Of a DNA stretch of 64,000 bases, positions 13,882-32,978 are shown piece by piece. A model generated the notes under the pieces. The model had not been told where the DNA came from, made no database searches, and saw only the letters and a program-made list of their open reading frames with translations. Each line of letters begins with the position of its first letter. The first letter of the stretch is position 1. This DNA comes from the human T2T-CHM13v2.0 reference genome, Homo sapiens. The position numbers and the translations under genes were made by a program. The DNA lies in assembly GCF_009914755.1 (NCBI RefSeq), contig NC_060947.1. One strand, given 5' to 3'.

Positions 13882-16800
13882 GAGTGCCCACACCAGCACA
13901 CATTATAGTCTAACTGTCAAAATTCAAAGACAAAGAGAGAATCTTGAAAGCAGCAAGAGAAAAGCAACTCATTATGTATAAGGCGCTCCCATGAGATTAT
14001 CAGCAAATTTTTCAGAAGAAATATTATAGGTCAGAAGGGAGTGGGAGTATATATTCAGAGTGCTGAAAGATAAAAGCTACCAAGAACATTATATCCAGCA
14101 AAACTGTCCTTCAAAAATAAGGAGAAATAAAAACCTTCCCAGATAAACATATTCATCTTGGAAAAGGCTGAGAGAGTTCATCACCGATAGACCTGCCTTA
14201 CAAGAGTTGCTAAAAAGAGTTTTTCAAGTTGACACAAAAGGACACTAGGCAGAAACATGAATGTATATAAAAATATAAAGCTCTCTGGTAAAGGTATAAT
14301 AAATATATAGACAAATACAGAGTTCCCCAATATTGTAATGGTGGTACACAAATCACTTTTAATTGAGGTATAAAATTTTAAAGATAAAATTATAAAAATA
14401 ACTACAAAATGATATTAATTGATACAAAACATAAAAAGATGTAATTTGATAATATAAAGTATGAGGAGATGTAAAGGAATAGATTTTTTGTATAGAACTG
14501 AAATTAAGTTGTCATCAGTTTAAAATAGATTGCCATAACTATGTTTTATGCAATCCCCATGGTAACCACAAGGAAATGACAAGAGAAAGGAATCAAAGCA
14601 TGTCACTATAAAAAATCAACAAAACACAAAGGATGGAGCAAGAGAGAAAATGCAAGGCAAAATAACTACAAGAAACACAGAAAACAATTCACAAAAATGG
14701 CAATATAACTACAAGACACACAGAAAACAATTCACAAAAATGGCAGTAATAAGTCCTTTCCTGTCAGTAATCACTTTAAATGTAAAGGAATTGAACTTTC
14801 CAATCAAAAGACATTTATTGGCTGGGTGAATATAAAAAACATACAAGATCCACCTATATTCTCTGTACAATAGACTTACTTTAACTATAAGGACATACAC
14901 AGGCTGAATGTGAAAGAATGGGAAAAAAAAGATATTCCATAAAACAGTAACCAAAAGAGAGCAGGGGTGGTCATACTTATAACAGATAGAATAGAGTATA
15001 ATTCAAACACCGTCACAAGAAAAAAAAGGGACATTATATAATGACAGAAGAGTCAATTCACCAGGAAGATATAACAATTTTAATATGCATGTACCTGTCC
15101 ATCCATACATAAGAAGAAAACATTGGCAGAATTGAAGGGAGAAATGCATAGTAACATAATAATAGTAGGAGATTTTAATACCCCACTTTCAATAAGGAAT
15201 AGATTAACTAGACAGAAAATCAATAAGAAAACAGAGAACTTGGACAACACTACAAACCAAATAGACCTAATAGACATATACAAAACATTCTCCTCAACAA
15301 CAGTAAAATACTTATTCTTTTCAAACACACACAGAACATTCTCCTGGAAAGATCACATGTTAGTCGCAAAACAAGTCTTAACAAATGTAAGAAGACTGAA
15401 ATCAAACCAAGTATCCTTTGTGACCACAATAGAATGAAACTAGAAACCAATAGCAACAAGAAAACTGGAAAATTCAAAATATGTGGTAATTAAACAATAC
15501 ACTCTTGAACAACCAATAGGTGAAAGAAGCAATCATAAGGGAAATTAGAAAATATTTTTGACAAATGAAAATGGAAACACAATATATCAAAACATGTAGA
15601 ATACAGTAAAAGCAGTACCAAGAGGAAAGTTTATAGCAGTAAACACCTACACAAAACAGAAGAAAAATCTCAAATCAACAACCTAACTTTATACCTTAAG
15701 ACACTAGAAAACAAAGAACAAACTAAACATAAAGTTAGCAGAAGAAAATTATAAAAATTAGAGCAGAAATAAAACAAAGAGAGAAGAGAAACCCAATAGA
15801 AAAGAATAAAAAATAAGAGTTTTTTTAAAGAGATTAATAAAATCAATAAGCTATTCTCCAGACTAATAAAAAACTGAAAAGACTCAAATAACAAAAACCA
15901 GAAATGAAAGAAGGACATTACAGCCGATGTCACAGAAATGAAAAAGGGTCGTAAGAGATTATGATGAACTATTATACACCACAAAATTGGGTAACCTGGA
16001 AGAAATTGATAAATTTCTAGAAATATACAGCCTATCAAGACTGAATAATTAAAAAATAAAAAACCTGAACAGATCTATAGCTAATAAGAACATTGAATCA
16101 TAACCAAAAACTTTCCAACAAAAACAACAAAATTGCTCAGAGAAGAATTCACTGGTAAATTCTACCAAACCTTTAGCGAACAATACACATCAATTCTTCT
16201 CAAATTCTTCCCAAAAACTGAAGAAGAGGGAACACTTCCAAACTCATTCTATGAGGCCAGCATTACCCTGATATCAAAATCAAAGATACAAAAGGAAACA
16301 AAAACTACAGATCAACATCCCTGATGAATATTTAGGCAAAAATCTTCAACAAAAATACTAGCAAACCAAACCCAACAGCACAGTAAAAGGATTATACCTA
16401 ATGAGCAAGTGGGATTTATTTCTGGAATGCAAGGATGCTTCAACATACAAAAATCAATGTAATACACCACATTAACAGACTAAAGGAAAAACTACATGAT
16501 TATCTGAATTGATTCAGATAAAGTATTTGACAAAAGTCAATACACTTTTATAATAAAAAAAAAACACTCAACAAACTAGGAATAGAAGAAACTTACTTCA
16601 ACATAATAAAAGCCATATATGAAAAGCCCACAGCTAACGTCATACTCAATGGTGGAAAACTGAAAGCTTTTTTTCTAAGATGAGGAACAATGCAAGGATG
16701 CCCACTCTAGCTACTTCTATTCAACATAGTACTGGAAGTCCTAGCCACAAGAATCAGACAATAAAAAGAAATAAAAGGTATCCAAACAAGAAAGGAGGAA

Positions 16801-18377
16801 GTGAAATTTTCTTTGTACACAGATGACATGGCCTTGTATGTAGGAAACTGGACTATGTCATTTACAAAACAATTGTTAGAACTAATAAACAGATTCAGCA
16901 AAGTTGCATTATACAAAATCAACACATAATCAGTTTCATTTCTATACATTAAAAATGAACAACTCAAAAAGAAAATTAAGAAAAAATGTTATTTACAGTA
17001 TCATCAAAAAGAATAAATTATTTAGGAATAACCTCATCCAAAGGGGCAAAATATTTGTACACCAAAAACTCAAAATATTGTAGTAAAAAAATGTTAAAAA
17101 CATAAATAAATGGGAAGACATTCCATGTTCATGGATTGGAAGACTTAGTATTGTTAAAATGTCCATACTATTCAAAGAAATCTGCAGATTAATGCAATCC
17201 CTGTCAAAATCCCAACGGCATTTTTCTTCAGAAATGGAATAATAATCCTAAAATTCATATGGAATCTCAAAGAACTATAAATAGCCAAAGCAATCTTTAA
17301 AAAAATAAAGAAAGAAAGAAAACTAGTGGCCTCACACTTCCTGACATCAAAACATATTATAAGTTTACAGTAATCAAAACAGTATGTAGTAGCATAAAGA
17401 CAGGCATATAGACCAATGAAACAGAAGAGAGAACCCAGAAATAAATCTTCACATATATGGTCAAAGAATCTTCGACAAAAGTGCCAAGGCTTCAAAATGG
17501 GGATAGGATAGTTTCTTCGGCTGGATATTACAAATACAAAAAATAAAGTTGGACACTTACCTTAAACCATATACAAACTTAACTCAAAATGGATTAAACA
17601 CATAAATATAAGACCTGAGACTATGAAACTCCTAGAAGAAAACATGGTGAAAAGCTTCATTACATTGGATTAGCAATGATTTCTCCAATATGCACACCAT
17701 ACGCACAGGCAACAAAAGCAAAAATAGACAAAAGAGAATACATCAACCTTAAGAAACTTCTACAGAGCAGAGAAGACAGCCAACAGAGGAGAAAGGCAAT
17801 CCATAAAATTGGAGAAATATTTGCAAACCATACATCTGATAAGGAGTTAATATCCAGAATATGTAAAGAACTACAACTTATCAACAACAAAAAGAAATCC
17901 AATTTAAAACTGGACAAAATACTTGAATAGACATTTATCCAAAGAAGATAAAGAAATGGCTAAAAAGCAAATGAAAAGATGCTCAATCGCATTAATCATT
18001 ACAGAAATGCAAATCAAAACCAAAATGAGATATCCCACACCTATTAAGATGGCCATTATTTAAAAACCAGAAAATAAGAAGTGTTGACAGAGATGAGGAG
18101 AAATTGGAATCCTTGTCCACTGCTTGTGGGAATGTAGAATGGTGTAGCTGCTGTGGAAAAGAGTGTAGTGGTTCCCAAAAAATTGATAATAGAATTACCA
18201 CATGATCCAGCAATCCCATTTCTGGTTACATATCCAAAAGATTTGAAAGCAGGATGCCAAAGAGATATTTGCACACCCATGTTCATGTTAGCATTATTTA
18301 CAATGACCAAGAGATAGAAGCAACATAAATGTTTATATGCAGATGAATGGATAAAGAAAATACAGTATATACATACA

Positions 18378-18950
18378 AGGAAATAAAAGTAGAACTACCA
18401 TTTGATCCAGCAATCCCACTACTGAGTATCTACCCAGAGGGAAAGAAGTCATTATACGAAAAAGATACTTGCACATGCATGTTTATAGCAGCACAATCAC
18501 AATCGCAAAAATATGGAACCAGCCCAAATGCCCATCAATCAATGAGTGGATAAAGAAATTGTGATATATATATATATATATATGCCATGGAATACTATTC
18601 AGCCATAAAAAGGGAAAAAATAATGGCATTTGCAGCAACCCGGATGGAATTGGAGACCATTATTCTAATTGAAATAACTCAGGAATGGAAAGCTAAACAT
18701 CATATGTTCTCACTCATAAGTGGGAGCTAAGCTATGAAGATGCAAAGGCATAAGAATGATACAATGGACTTTGGGGACTTCCGGGAAAGGGTGGGAGGGG
18801 GTGAGGGATAAAAGACTATAAATTGGGTTCAGTGTATACTGCTCGGGTGATGGACACAACAAAATCTCACAAATCACCACTAAAGAACTTACTTGTGTAA
18901 CCAAACAGCACCTGTCCCCCAAAAAACCTATGGAAATAAAAAATAAATAA
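18378..18950 (+). mobile_element. Nested L1PB 3' fragment
   Basis: A second ORF2-end/3'UTR copy ([11 protein letters not shown]..., ending AAAACCTATGGAAATAAAAAAT) inside the host L1 3' end. Confidence 0.75.
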
Positions 18951-19283
18951 AATTAGATTAAAATTTAAAATAAGGAAATCTTGTCATAATCTACAATGTA
19001 GATGAACCTTGAGGACATTATTCCAAGTGAAATAAGCCAGTCACAAAAGGACAAATACCTCATAAGTCCAACTGTATGTGGTATCAAAATAGTCAAACTC
19101 TTAGAAACAGAAAGTATTTATGTTTTCCAACACAATCGTGGTTGCCAGGGGCTGGGGGGAGATGGAAATGGTGAGTTGTTATTCAATTAATATAAAGTTT
19201 TGCAACATAAAAAAATTCTAGACATCCGTTGCTCAACAATGTAAATAGTTAACACTACTATACTATACACTCAAAATGGTTAA

Positions 19284-19613
<330 letters not shown>

Positions 19614-19721
19614 TAAAAGGATATAATGAGAATTCTAGAAGTGTAATTTAAAATTAACTAAATGGACTTATCAACAAATTAGGCACAGCAGAGCAAAAGA
19701 TTAGTGAACTAAAAGACATTA

Positions 19722-20159
19722 CAGTTGACCTTGAACAATGCAAGGGACAGGGTGCCAGTCCCTCGTGCAGTTGAAAATATGTGTATAATTTTGACTCCCC
19801 CAAAACTTAACTGCTAATAGCCTACTGTTTACTGGAAGCCTTACTGGTAACTTTACACTCGATCAACACATATTTTGCATGTTTATATATTATATATTGA
19901 ATTATTACAATAAAGTAAGCTAGAGAAAAGCAAATGTTATTAAGAAAACCATAAGGAAGAGAAAATATATCCACTATTTATTAAGTGGAATTTGATCATC
20001 ATAAAGATCGTCATTCTCACCATCATCTTCATATTAAGTAGACTGAGGAGGAGGAAGAGGAAGGGTGGATCTTTCAGTCGCGGGGTGGCAGAGACAGAAG
20101 AAAATCCATGTATATATGGGCCCACGCAGTTCAAACCTGTGTTGTTTAAGGGTTACCTG
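19722..20159. mobile_element. Tigger2a-like DNA transposon
   Basis: TA-flanked TIRs CAGTTGACCTTGAACAA / TTGTTTAAGGGTTACCTG; 438 bp. Confidence 0.85.
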
Positions 20160-20643
20160 TAGTAGAAAATATCTATATTGAATCCTATAGAGAGAAAAAA
20201 ATGAAAAATACAGAAAGAGGGCATTGGAGATGTTAAAAATATTTTATATATGTGCAATCAGGGTCAGAGGAGAGAAGAATGACAGTGGGTAGAAGCAATA
20301 TATGAGGAAATACTGGCCAAAAACTTTCCAAAACTGAAGAAAGACATGAAACCACAGACAAGAAACATTATAAAACCCAAATAAGATAAACCCAAATAAA
20401 ACTATACCAAGATACACCAGAATCAAACTTTTGAAATTGAAAAGAATAATTGAAAAGTAGCCAGACTGGGGAAAAAAAACCAACATTACCTACCAAGGAG
20501 CGATGATAGATTTTTTTTTTAACTTTTCTACAGAAATGACAGTAGACAGAAGACAACAGTATGGCACCATCAAACTGCTAGAAGAAAAAAATATATTTAC
20601 AAACCTAAAATTCTTTAGTGGGCCAAAAAAAAAAAAAATTCTT

Positions 20644-20797
20644 GGCCAGGCACAGTGCCTCACGCCTGTAATCCCAGCACTTTGGGAGGCTGAGTCGGGT
20701 GGATCACTAGAGGCCAGGAGTTCACTATCAGCCTGGCCAACATGGTGAAACCCCCATCTCTACTAAAAATATAAAAATCAGCCCAGGCATGGTGGCA
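20644..20797 (+). mobile_element. Alu left arm, truncated by L1
   Basis: GGCCAGGCACAGTG...TACTAAAAATATAAAAATCAGCCCAGGCATGGTGGCA followed by L1. Confidence 0.9.
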
Positions 20798-22309
20798 TCG
20801 GACAGATCCTCCAGACCGAAAATCAACAAAGAAACATGGGACTTAATCTGTACTATAGACCAAATGAACCTAGTAGGTATTTACAGACCATTTCAGCCAC
20901 CAGCTGCAGAATACACATTCTTTCCTTACTACATGGATCATTCTCAAGGATAGATGATATATTAGGTCACAAAACAAGCCTTAGAACATTCCAAAAAATT
21001 GAAATAATATCAAGCATCTTCTCAGACCACAATAAAATAAAACTGGAAATTGATAACAAGAGGAATTTTAGAAACTATATAAATACATGTAAATTAAACA
21101 ATATGCTCCTGAATGACCAGGAGTCAATGAAGAAATTAAGAAGGAAATTGAAAAACTTCCTGAAACAAATGATAATGGAAACACAACACACCAAAACCCA
21201 TGGGATACAACAAAAGTAGTACTCAGAGGGAAGTTTATAGCTTTAAGTGCCTACATAAAAAAGAGAGAAAACTTTAAATAAACAATCTAACAATGCATCT
21301 TAAATAAGTAGAGAAGCAAGAGCAAAGCAAACACAAAATTGGTAGCAGAAAAGAAATAATAAAGATCAAAGCAGAAATCAATGAAATTGAAATAAAAAAA
21401 CAATACAAAAGATACATGAAACAAAAAGATCTTTTTTGAAAAGTTAAATAAAATTGACAAACCTTACCCAGACTGAGAAAAAAGAAGATCCAAATAAATC
21501 AAATCGGGAATGAAAAAGGACACATTACAACTGATACTGCCGAAATTCAAAGGATCTTTGGTGGCTACTATAAGCAACTATATGCCAATAAATTGGAAAA
21601 CCTAAAAGTAATGGGCACATTCATAGACACATACAACCTACCAAGATTGAACCACGAAGAAGTCCAAAACCTGAGCAGACCAATAACAAGTAACAAGATT
21701 GAAGCAGTAATGAAAATTCTCCAAGTAAAGAGAAGCCTGGGACCCAATGGTTTCACTGCTGAATTCTAGCAAACATTTAAAGAACTAATACCAATCCTAT
21801 TCAAACTATTCTGAAAAATAGAGGAGAGAATACTTCCAAACTTATTTTATGAGACCAGTATTACCCTGATACCAAAACTAGACAAAGTCACATCAAAAAA
21901 ATAAAACTACAGGCCAATACCTCTGATAAATATTGATGCAAAAATCCTCAACAAAATACTAACAAACTGAATTATTCAATACACTGGAAAGATCATCCAT
22001 CATGACCAAGTAGAATTTATCTCTTGGATGCAAGAATGGTTCAACATATGCATATCAATGAATGTGATACATCATATCAAGAGAATGAAAGATAGAAATC
22101 ATATAGTCATTTCAATTGATGCTGAAAAATCATTTAATAAAATTCAGCATCTCTTCATGATAAAATGATCAAAAAACTGGCGATAGAAGGAACATAATTC
22201 AACATAATTAAAGCCATATATGACAGACCCACATCTAGTATTATACTGAATGGGAAAAGCTGAAAGCCTTTCCTCTAAGATCTGGAACATGACAAAGATG
22301 TCCTATGTT

Positions 22310-22608
22310 GGCCAGGCGCGGTGGCTCACACCTGTAATCCCAGGACTTTGGGAGCTTGAGGCGGGTGGATCACGAGGTCATGAATTCAAGACCAGCCTGG
22401 CCAAGATGGTGAAACTCCATCTCTACTAAAAATACAAAAATTAGCCAGGCGTAGTGGTGGACACCTGTAATCCCAGCTACTCAGGAGGCTGAGGCAGAGA
22501 ATTGCTTGATGCTGGGAGGTAGAGGTTGCAGTGAGCCAAGATCGCACCACTGCACTCCAGCCTGGGTGACAAAGCGAGATTCTATCACAGAAAAAAAAAA
22601 AAAAAAAA
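22310..22608 (+). mobile_element. AluS
   Basis: TSD AAAGATGTCCTATGT / AAAGATGTCCGATGT. Confidence 0.93.
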
Positions 22609-23057
22609 GATGTCCGATGTCACCACTGTTATTCAACATAGAATGGAAGTCCTAGCTACAGCAATCAGATAAGAGAAAGATATAAAGGGCATCTAAATTG
22701 GAAAGGAAGAAGTCAAATTATCCTTGTTTGTAGATGATATGATCTTATATCTGGAAAACCCTAAAGACTCCACAAGAAAACGATTAGAACTGATAAACAA
22801 ATTCAGTAAAGTTGCAGAATACAAAATCAATATACGAAAATCAGTAGCATTTCTATATGCCAACACTGAACAATGTGAAAAAGAAATAAAAAAGTAATCC
22901 CATTTGCAATAGCCACACATAAAATTAAATACATAGGAATTAAGCTAACCAAAGATGTGAAAGATCTCCATAATGAAAACCATAAAACACTGATAGAAGA
23001 AATTGAAGAGGACACAAAAAATGAAAAAATATCCCATGTATTGAAAGAATCAATATT

Positions 23058-23366
23058 TCTGTTTGTTTATTTGTTTGTTTTTTGAGGCAGAGTCTCACTC
23101 TGTTGCCCAGGCTGGAGTGCAGTGGCATGATTTCAGCTCACTGCAACCTCTGCCTCCTGGACTCAAGTGATCCTCCTGCCTCAGCCCCTGCAAGTAGCTG
23201 GGAGTGCGGGCATGAACCACCATGCCAAGCTAGTTTTTTTATTTTTTGTAGAGACAGGATTTCACCATGTTGCCCAGGCTGGTCTCAAACTCCTGAGGTC
23301 AAGCAATCCACCTGCCTTGGCTTTCCAAAGTGCTAGGATTACAGGCATGAGCCACTGGACCTGGCC
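23058..23366 (-). mobile_element. Alu (AluJ-like)
   Basis: TSD AGAATCAATATT. Confidence 0.92.
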
Positions 23367-25159
23367 AGAATCAATATTGTTAAAATGTCCATGCTACCCA
23401 AAGCAATCTACAGATTCAATGCAATCCCTATTAAAATACCAATGACCATTCTTCATAAAAATATGAAACAGAAAAATGAACGGAATGAATATAAATAGAA
23501 AAAACAATCCTAAAATTTATATAGAACCACAAAAGACCCAGAATAGCCAAAGCTATCATAAGGAAAAAGAACAAAACTGGAGGAATCACATTACCTGACT
23601 TCAAATTACACTACATAGACCAATGGAACAGAATAGAGGACCCAGAAACAAATCCATATATCTACAGTGATCTCATTTTCGACACTTTCCAAGAACATAC
23701 ATTGGGGAAAAGAAATAATCTTCACTAAATGATGCTGGGGAAACTGGATATTAATATGCAGAAGAATGAAACTAGGCTCCCATCTATTGCCATTTAAAAA
23801 ATCAAATCAAAATGGATTAAAGACTTAACTCTAAGACCTCAAACTATGAATTTACTAGAAGAAAACATTGGGTAAAAAATCTCAGACCAATCAGGACTTT
23901 GGTCTGGGCAAAAATTTATTGAGCAATACCCCACAAGCAAAGATAACCAAGCAAAAATGGACAATTAGGATTACATCAAGTTAAAAAAAAACCTGCACAG
24001 TGAAAGAAACAATCAACAAAATGAAGAGTCAACCTGTAGAATGGGAAAAAATATTTGCAGACTACCCATCTGACAAGGGATTAGTAACCAGAATATACAA
24101 GGAGCTCAAACAACTCTATAGGAAAAAGTCTAACAATCCGTAAAAAAATGGACAAAAGATTTAAATAGAAATTTCTTAAAAGAAGACATATAAATGGCAA
24201 ACAGGCATATGAAAAGGTGTTCAGCATCATTGATCATCACAGAAACACAAATCGGAACTACAATTAGATGTCATCTCACCCCAGTTAAAATGGGTTTTAT
24301 CCAAAAGACAAGCAATAACAAATGCTGGCAGGGATGTAGAGAAAGGGGAAACCTGGTACACTGTTGGTGGGCAGGTAAATTAGTACAACCACTATGGAGA
24401 ACAATTTGAAGGTTCCTCAAAAAACTAAAAGTTGAGCTACCATATGATCCAGCAATCTCACTTCTGGGTATATACTCAAAAGAAAAGAAATCAGTATATC
24501 AAAGAGATATCTGCACTCCTATGCTTTTTGCAGCACTGTTTACAATAACTAAGATTTGGAAGTAACCTAAGTGTCCATTAACAGATGAATGGATGAAGAA
24601 AATGTGGTTCATACACACAATGGATTTGGATTACTGTTCAGCCACAAAAAAGAATGCAATCCAGTCATTTGCAACAAAATGGATGGAACTGGAGATCACT
24701 GTGTTATGTAAATAAGCCAGGCACAGAAAGGCAAACATCACATGTTCTCACTTATTTGTGGGATCTAAAAATGAAAACAACCAGACTCATGGACATATAG
24801 AGTAGAAGGATGGTTTCCGGAGGCTGGGAAGGGTAGTAGGGAGTTAAGGGGGAGGTGGGGATTGTTAATGGGAGTTAAAAAAATAGAAAGAATGAATAAG
24901 ACCTACTATTTGATAGAGCAACAGGGTGACTGTAGTCAATAAAAACTTAATTTGTACAATTTAAAATAACTTAAAGAGTATAATTTGATTATTTGCAACT
25001 CAACGAATAAATGCTTGAGGGAATTGATACCACATTTTCTATGATGTGCTTATTTCTCATTGCATGCCTGTATCAAAACATCTGATGTACACCATTAATA
25101 GATATGCCTACTGTGAACCCATAAAAATTAAAAATAAATAAAAGTTGAGCTGAAAGGGG

Positions 25160-25937
25160 AAAAAAAGAAGAAATCGAAAATCTGATGCAATTTTCTATTA
25201 AAAAATAGCAGAGATATCATCAGCAATCAAAACCTCTCAATTCAAAGAAAGCCCTGGACCAGATGGCTTCACTGGTGAAGTCTGCCAAATCTTTAAAGAA
25301 TAATTAATATCAATCCTTCACATACTCTCCAAAAAAATTGTACAGCCAGGGACACTTCCTAACTTATTCTCAGAGGCCATTATTACCCTGATACCAAGAT
25401 CAAAGATATCGCAATAAAATAAAAATATATGCTATACCCCAAAGAATTGAAAAAATGTACTAAACAAAGACATGTACATGAATGGTCACAGCAGCACTAT
25501 TCACAATAGCTAAAGGTGGAAACAATCCAAATGTCCATCAACAGATGAATGGATAAGTAAAACATCATACAGCTATAAACTGAAATATTATTCAGTCATA
25601 AAAAGTAATGTACTGATATAACATGAATGAACCTTGAAAACCTTATACTAAGTAAAAGAGACCAGACATAAAAGGTTATATATGATCCACTGTATAAACT
25701 ATCCAGAATAGCTAAACCCATAAAGACAGAAAACAGATTGGTGGTTACTTGGAGCTGAAAGGAGGAGGAAATTAGGAGTAACTGCTTAATGAATATAGTG
25801 TTTCCTTTTGAAGTTCTGAAAATATTTTGGAACTGTATTAAGGTGGTGGTTGATCAACATTGTGAATATACAAAATAATACCGAATTTTTCACTTTCAAG
25901 TTTTTGATTTTATGTTATATTACTTCACTTCAATAAA
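25160..25937 (+). mobile_element. L1MB-like fragments (ORF2 piece joined to 3' end)
   Basis: ORF2-like [10 protein letters not shown] region followed by an L1MB-type 3'UTR ending CTTCAATAAA. Confidence 0.7.
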
Positions 25938-26102
25938 CCAGGCAAACAGGGTATGGAGTGGACCTCTAGCAAACTCCAACAGACATGCAGCTGAGGGTCG
26001 TGTCTGTTAGAAGGAAAACTAACAAACAGAAAGGACATCCACACCAAAAACCCATCTGTACATCACCATCATCAAAGACCAAAAGTAGATAAAACCACAA
26101 AG

Positions 26103-27118
26103 ATGGGGAAAAAACAGAGAAGAAAAACTGGAAACTCTAAAAAGCAGAGCTCCTCTCCTCCTCCAAAGGAACCCAACTCCTAACCAGCAAAGGAACAAAG
26201 CTGGACGGAGAATGACTTTGATGAGTTGAGAGAAGAAGGCTTCAGACGATCAAACTACTCCAAGCTACAGGAGGAAATTCAAACCAAAGGCAAAGAAGTT
26301 GAAAACTTTGAAAAAAAATTAGACGAATGTATAACTAGAATAACCAATACAGAGAAGTGCTTGGAGGAGCTGATGGAGCTGAAAGCCAAGGCTCGAGAAC
26401 TACGTGAAGAATGCAGAAGCCTCAGGAGCCAATGCGATCAACTGGAAGAAAGGCTATCAGTGACGGAAGATGAAATGAATGAAATGAAGCGAGAAGGGAA
26501 GTTTAGAGAAAAAAGAATAAAAAGAAACGAACAAAGCCTCCAAGAAATATGGGACTATGTGAAAAGACCAAATCTACGTCTGATTGGTGTACCTGAAAGT
26601 GACAGGGAGAATGGAACCAAGTTGGAAAACACTCTGTAGGATATTATCCAGGAGAACTTCCCCAATCTAGCAAGGCAGGCCAACATTCAGATTCAGGAAA
26701 TACAGAGAATGCCACAAAGATACTCCTCGAGAAGAGCAACTCCAAGACACATAATTGTCAGATTCACCAAAGTTGAAATGAAGGAAAAAATGTTAAGGCA
26801 GCCAGAGAGAAAGGTTGGGTTACCCACAAAGGGAAGCCCATCAGATTAACAGCGGATCTCTTGGCAGAAACCCTACAAGCCAGCAGAGAGTGGGGGCCAA
26901 TATACAACATTCTTAAAGAAAAGAATTTTCAACCCAGAATTTCATATCCAGCCAAACTAAGCTTCATAAGTGGAGGAGAAATAAAATCCTTTACAGACAA
27001 GCAAATGCTGAGAGATTTTGTCACCACCAGGCCTGCCCTAAAAGAGCTCCTGAAGGAAGCACTAAACATGGAAAGGAATAACCGGTACCAGCCACTGCAA
27101 AATCATGCCAAATTGTAA
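26103..27118 (+). pseudogene. L1 ORF1p, disrupted
   Basis: ATGGGGAAAAAACAG start; in-frame stops at 26181 and 26637; frameshift near 26797; ORF pieces 26226..26639 and 26861..27118. Confidence 0.9.
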
Positions 27119-27181
27119 AGACCATTGAGGCTAGGAAGAAACTGCATCAACTAACGAGCAAAATAACCAGCTAACATCATA

Positions 27182-31007
<3,826 letters not shown>

Positions 31008-32609
31008 ACAATGAGAACACATGGACACAGGAAAGGGAACATCACACTCTGGGGACTGTTGTGGGGTGAGGGGAGGGGGTATAGCTTTAGGAGATATACC
31101 TAATGCTAAATGACGAGTTAATGGGTGCAGCACACCAGCATGGCACATGTATACATATGTAACTAACCTGCGCATTGTGCACGTGTACCCTAAAACTTAA
31201 AGTATAATAATAATAAAATAAAATAAAATAAAATAACAATATATTTTCAGAAAAACAAAAGTTAGTTTTTGTTACTAGCAGATGCACACTACAAGAAATA
31301 TGAAAGAAGAGACTTTGTGCTCAGGGAAGATTATTACACATAGAAGCCTGAAACTGCAGGAAGGAACAAAGAGCACTAACTGTTTAAAACAATGATAATA
31401 ATAATTTCCTATGTTTTTATTGTAGTAAAATATACATAACATAAAATTTACCTCCTATAGGGTTTTAAACATAAATAAAATAAAAGACATAACAACAATT
31501 GTACAAAAGTTGAGTGGTCAGTAAGGAGTGAAACTGTTATATACTACATGTTCAGGAAACGGTAAAAATACTAATTTAAGATAGACTGGAATAAGTCATG
31601 GATGCCTTTCATAATCCCTAAGATAACCAAGAAAAAGAATTACAAAATAACGTATAATTAAAAAGCAATAGAGAAGAAAATAGTGGAATAGAAATACTTG
31701 AATAATAAAGCAGAAGTCAAGAAAGGAAAAATAAAGGACAGGACAAATAGAGAACATATAGCAAAATGATAGCTATAAAACCAAGTATATTTACAAATTA
31801 CATGCAAATGGACTAAACACTCCAGTTAAAATACTACAATCGTCAGACTGCTTCTTTTATAAAAAAAAAAAAAATACAACTACATGCTGCTTAAAAGAGA
31901 CTCCAAGTAAACAAAAGGATACAGAAAAGTCAAAAGTAAAAAGGGTGGGAATATATGTTATGCAAACACTAGAAAAGAAAGCTGACCCAGCTATATTTGA
32001 TGAGACCAACGGAACCCTGAAACCAAAATCTAATGAGAATATAGCAAGAAAGGAAAATGTCAGGCCAATATCTATTATGAACATAGATGCAAAAATCTTG
32101 AACAAAATATTAGCTACATTAATCCAGTAATATATAAAACAAATGATGACTAACTGAGATTTAGACCAGTAATGGAACCTTGGTTTAACATTTGTAAATC
32201 AACCAATGTATTTTATTATATTCGATGAATAAAGGGGAAAGCCACCAATAGATGCAGAAATGGCACATGATAAAATTCAACATCTGTTTTTGATTTTTTT
32301 AAAAAAAGCATACCAAAGTAGGAATAGAAAGGAAATGTTCTAATCTAATAAGGGTTGTTTTTAAAAATCAGACATCATACTTTATGGTGAAATATTGAAC
32401 TCTTCCCCTGAGAAGAGAATCAAAACAAAAGTGACCACTATTTCCATTTCTCAAAATTGTACTGGAAACCTTAATCAGTTTGATACATCAAGAAAGTTAA
32501 TTTTAAGATATAAAGATTGTAAAGAAAGAAGTAAACTCTATTTTGGATAACATGATTTTGTATATAAAATATCCAAAAGAATATACAAATTGTTATAAAT
32601 GTTTAAATA

Positions 32610-32912
32610 GGTTGGGCACTTTGGCTAATACCTGTAATCCCAATACTTTGAAAGGCCAAGGCAGGAGGAGCACTTGAGGTCAGGAACTTGAGATCAGTCT
32701 GGGAAATATATTGAGACATTCATCTCTACAACAAAATTTAAAAATAAAAAATTAGCCAGGCATTGTGGTGCACATTTGCAGTGCTAGCTACTCAAGAGGC
32801 TGAGGTGGAAGGATCACTTGAGCCCAGGGATTCAAGGCTGCAGTGAGCTATGATCATGCCACTGCACTTCAGCCTGGGTGACAGAACAATACCCTGTCTC
32901 AAGAAAAAAAAA
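32610..32912 (+). mobile_element. Alu (AluJ-like)
   Basis: Dimeric Alu; TSD AAATGTTTAAATA / AAATATTTAAGTA. Confidence 0.9.
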
Positions 32913-32978
32913 TATTTAAGTAAATTTAACAAAGTCTCTAGATAAAGTTTAACACATAAGAATGAGTCATATGTCTAG

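Larger units (their letters stand above)
20795..25143 (+). mobile_element. 5'-truncated L1 (L1MA/L1PB-age) ORF2 and 3'UTR
   Basis: ORF remnants 20836..21219 and 24194..24409; poly(A) near 25125-25143; two Alus inserted. Confidence 0.9.
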
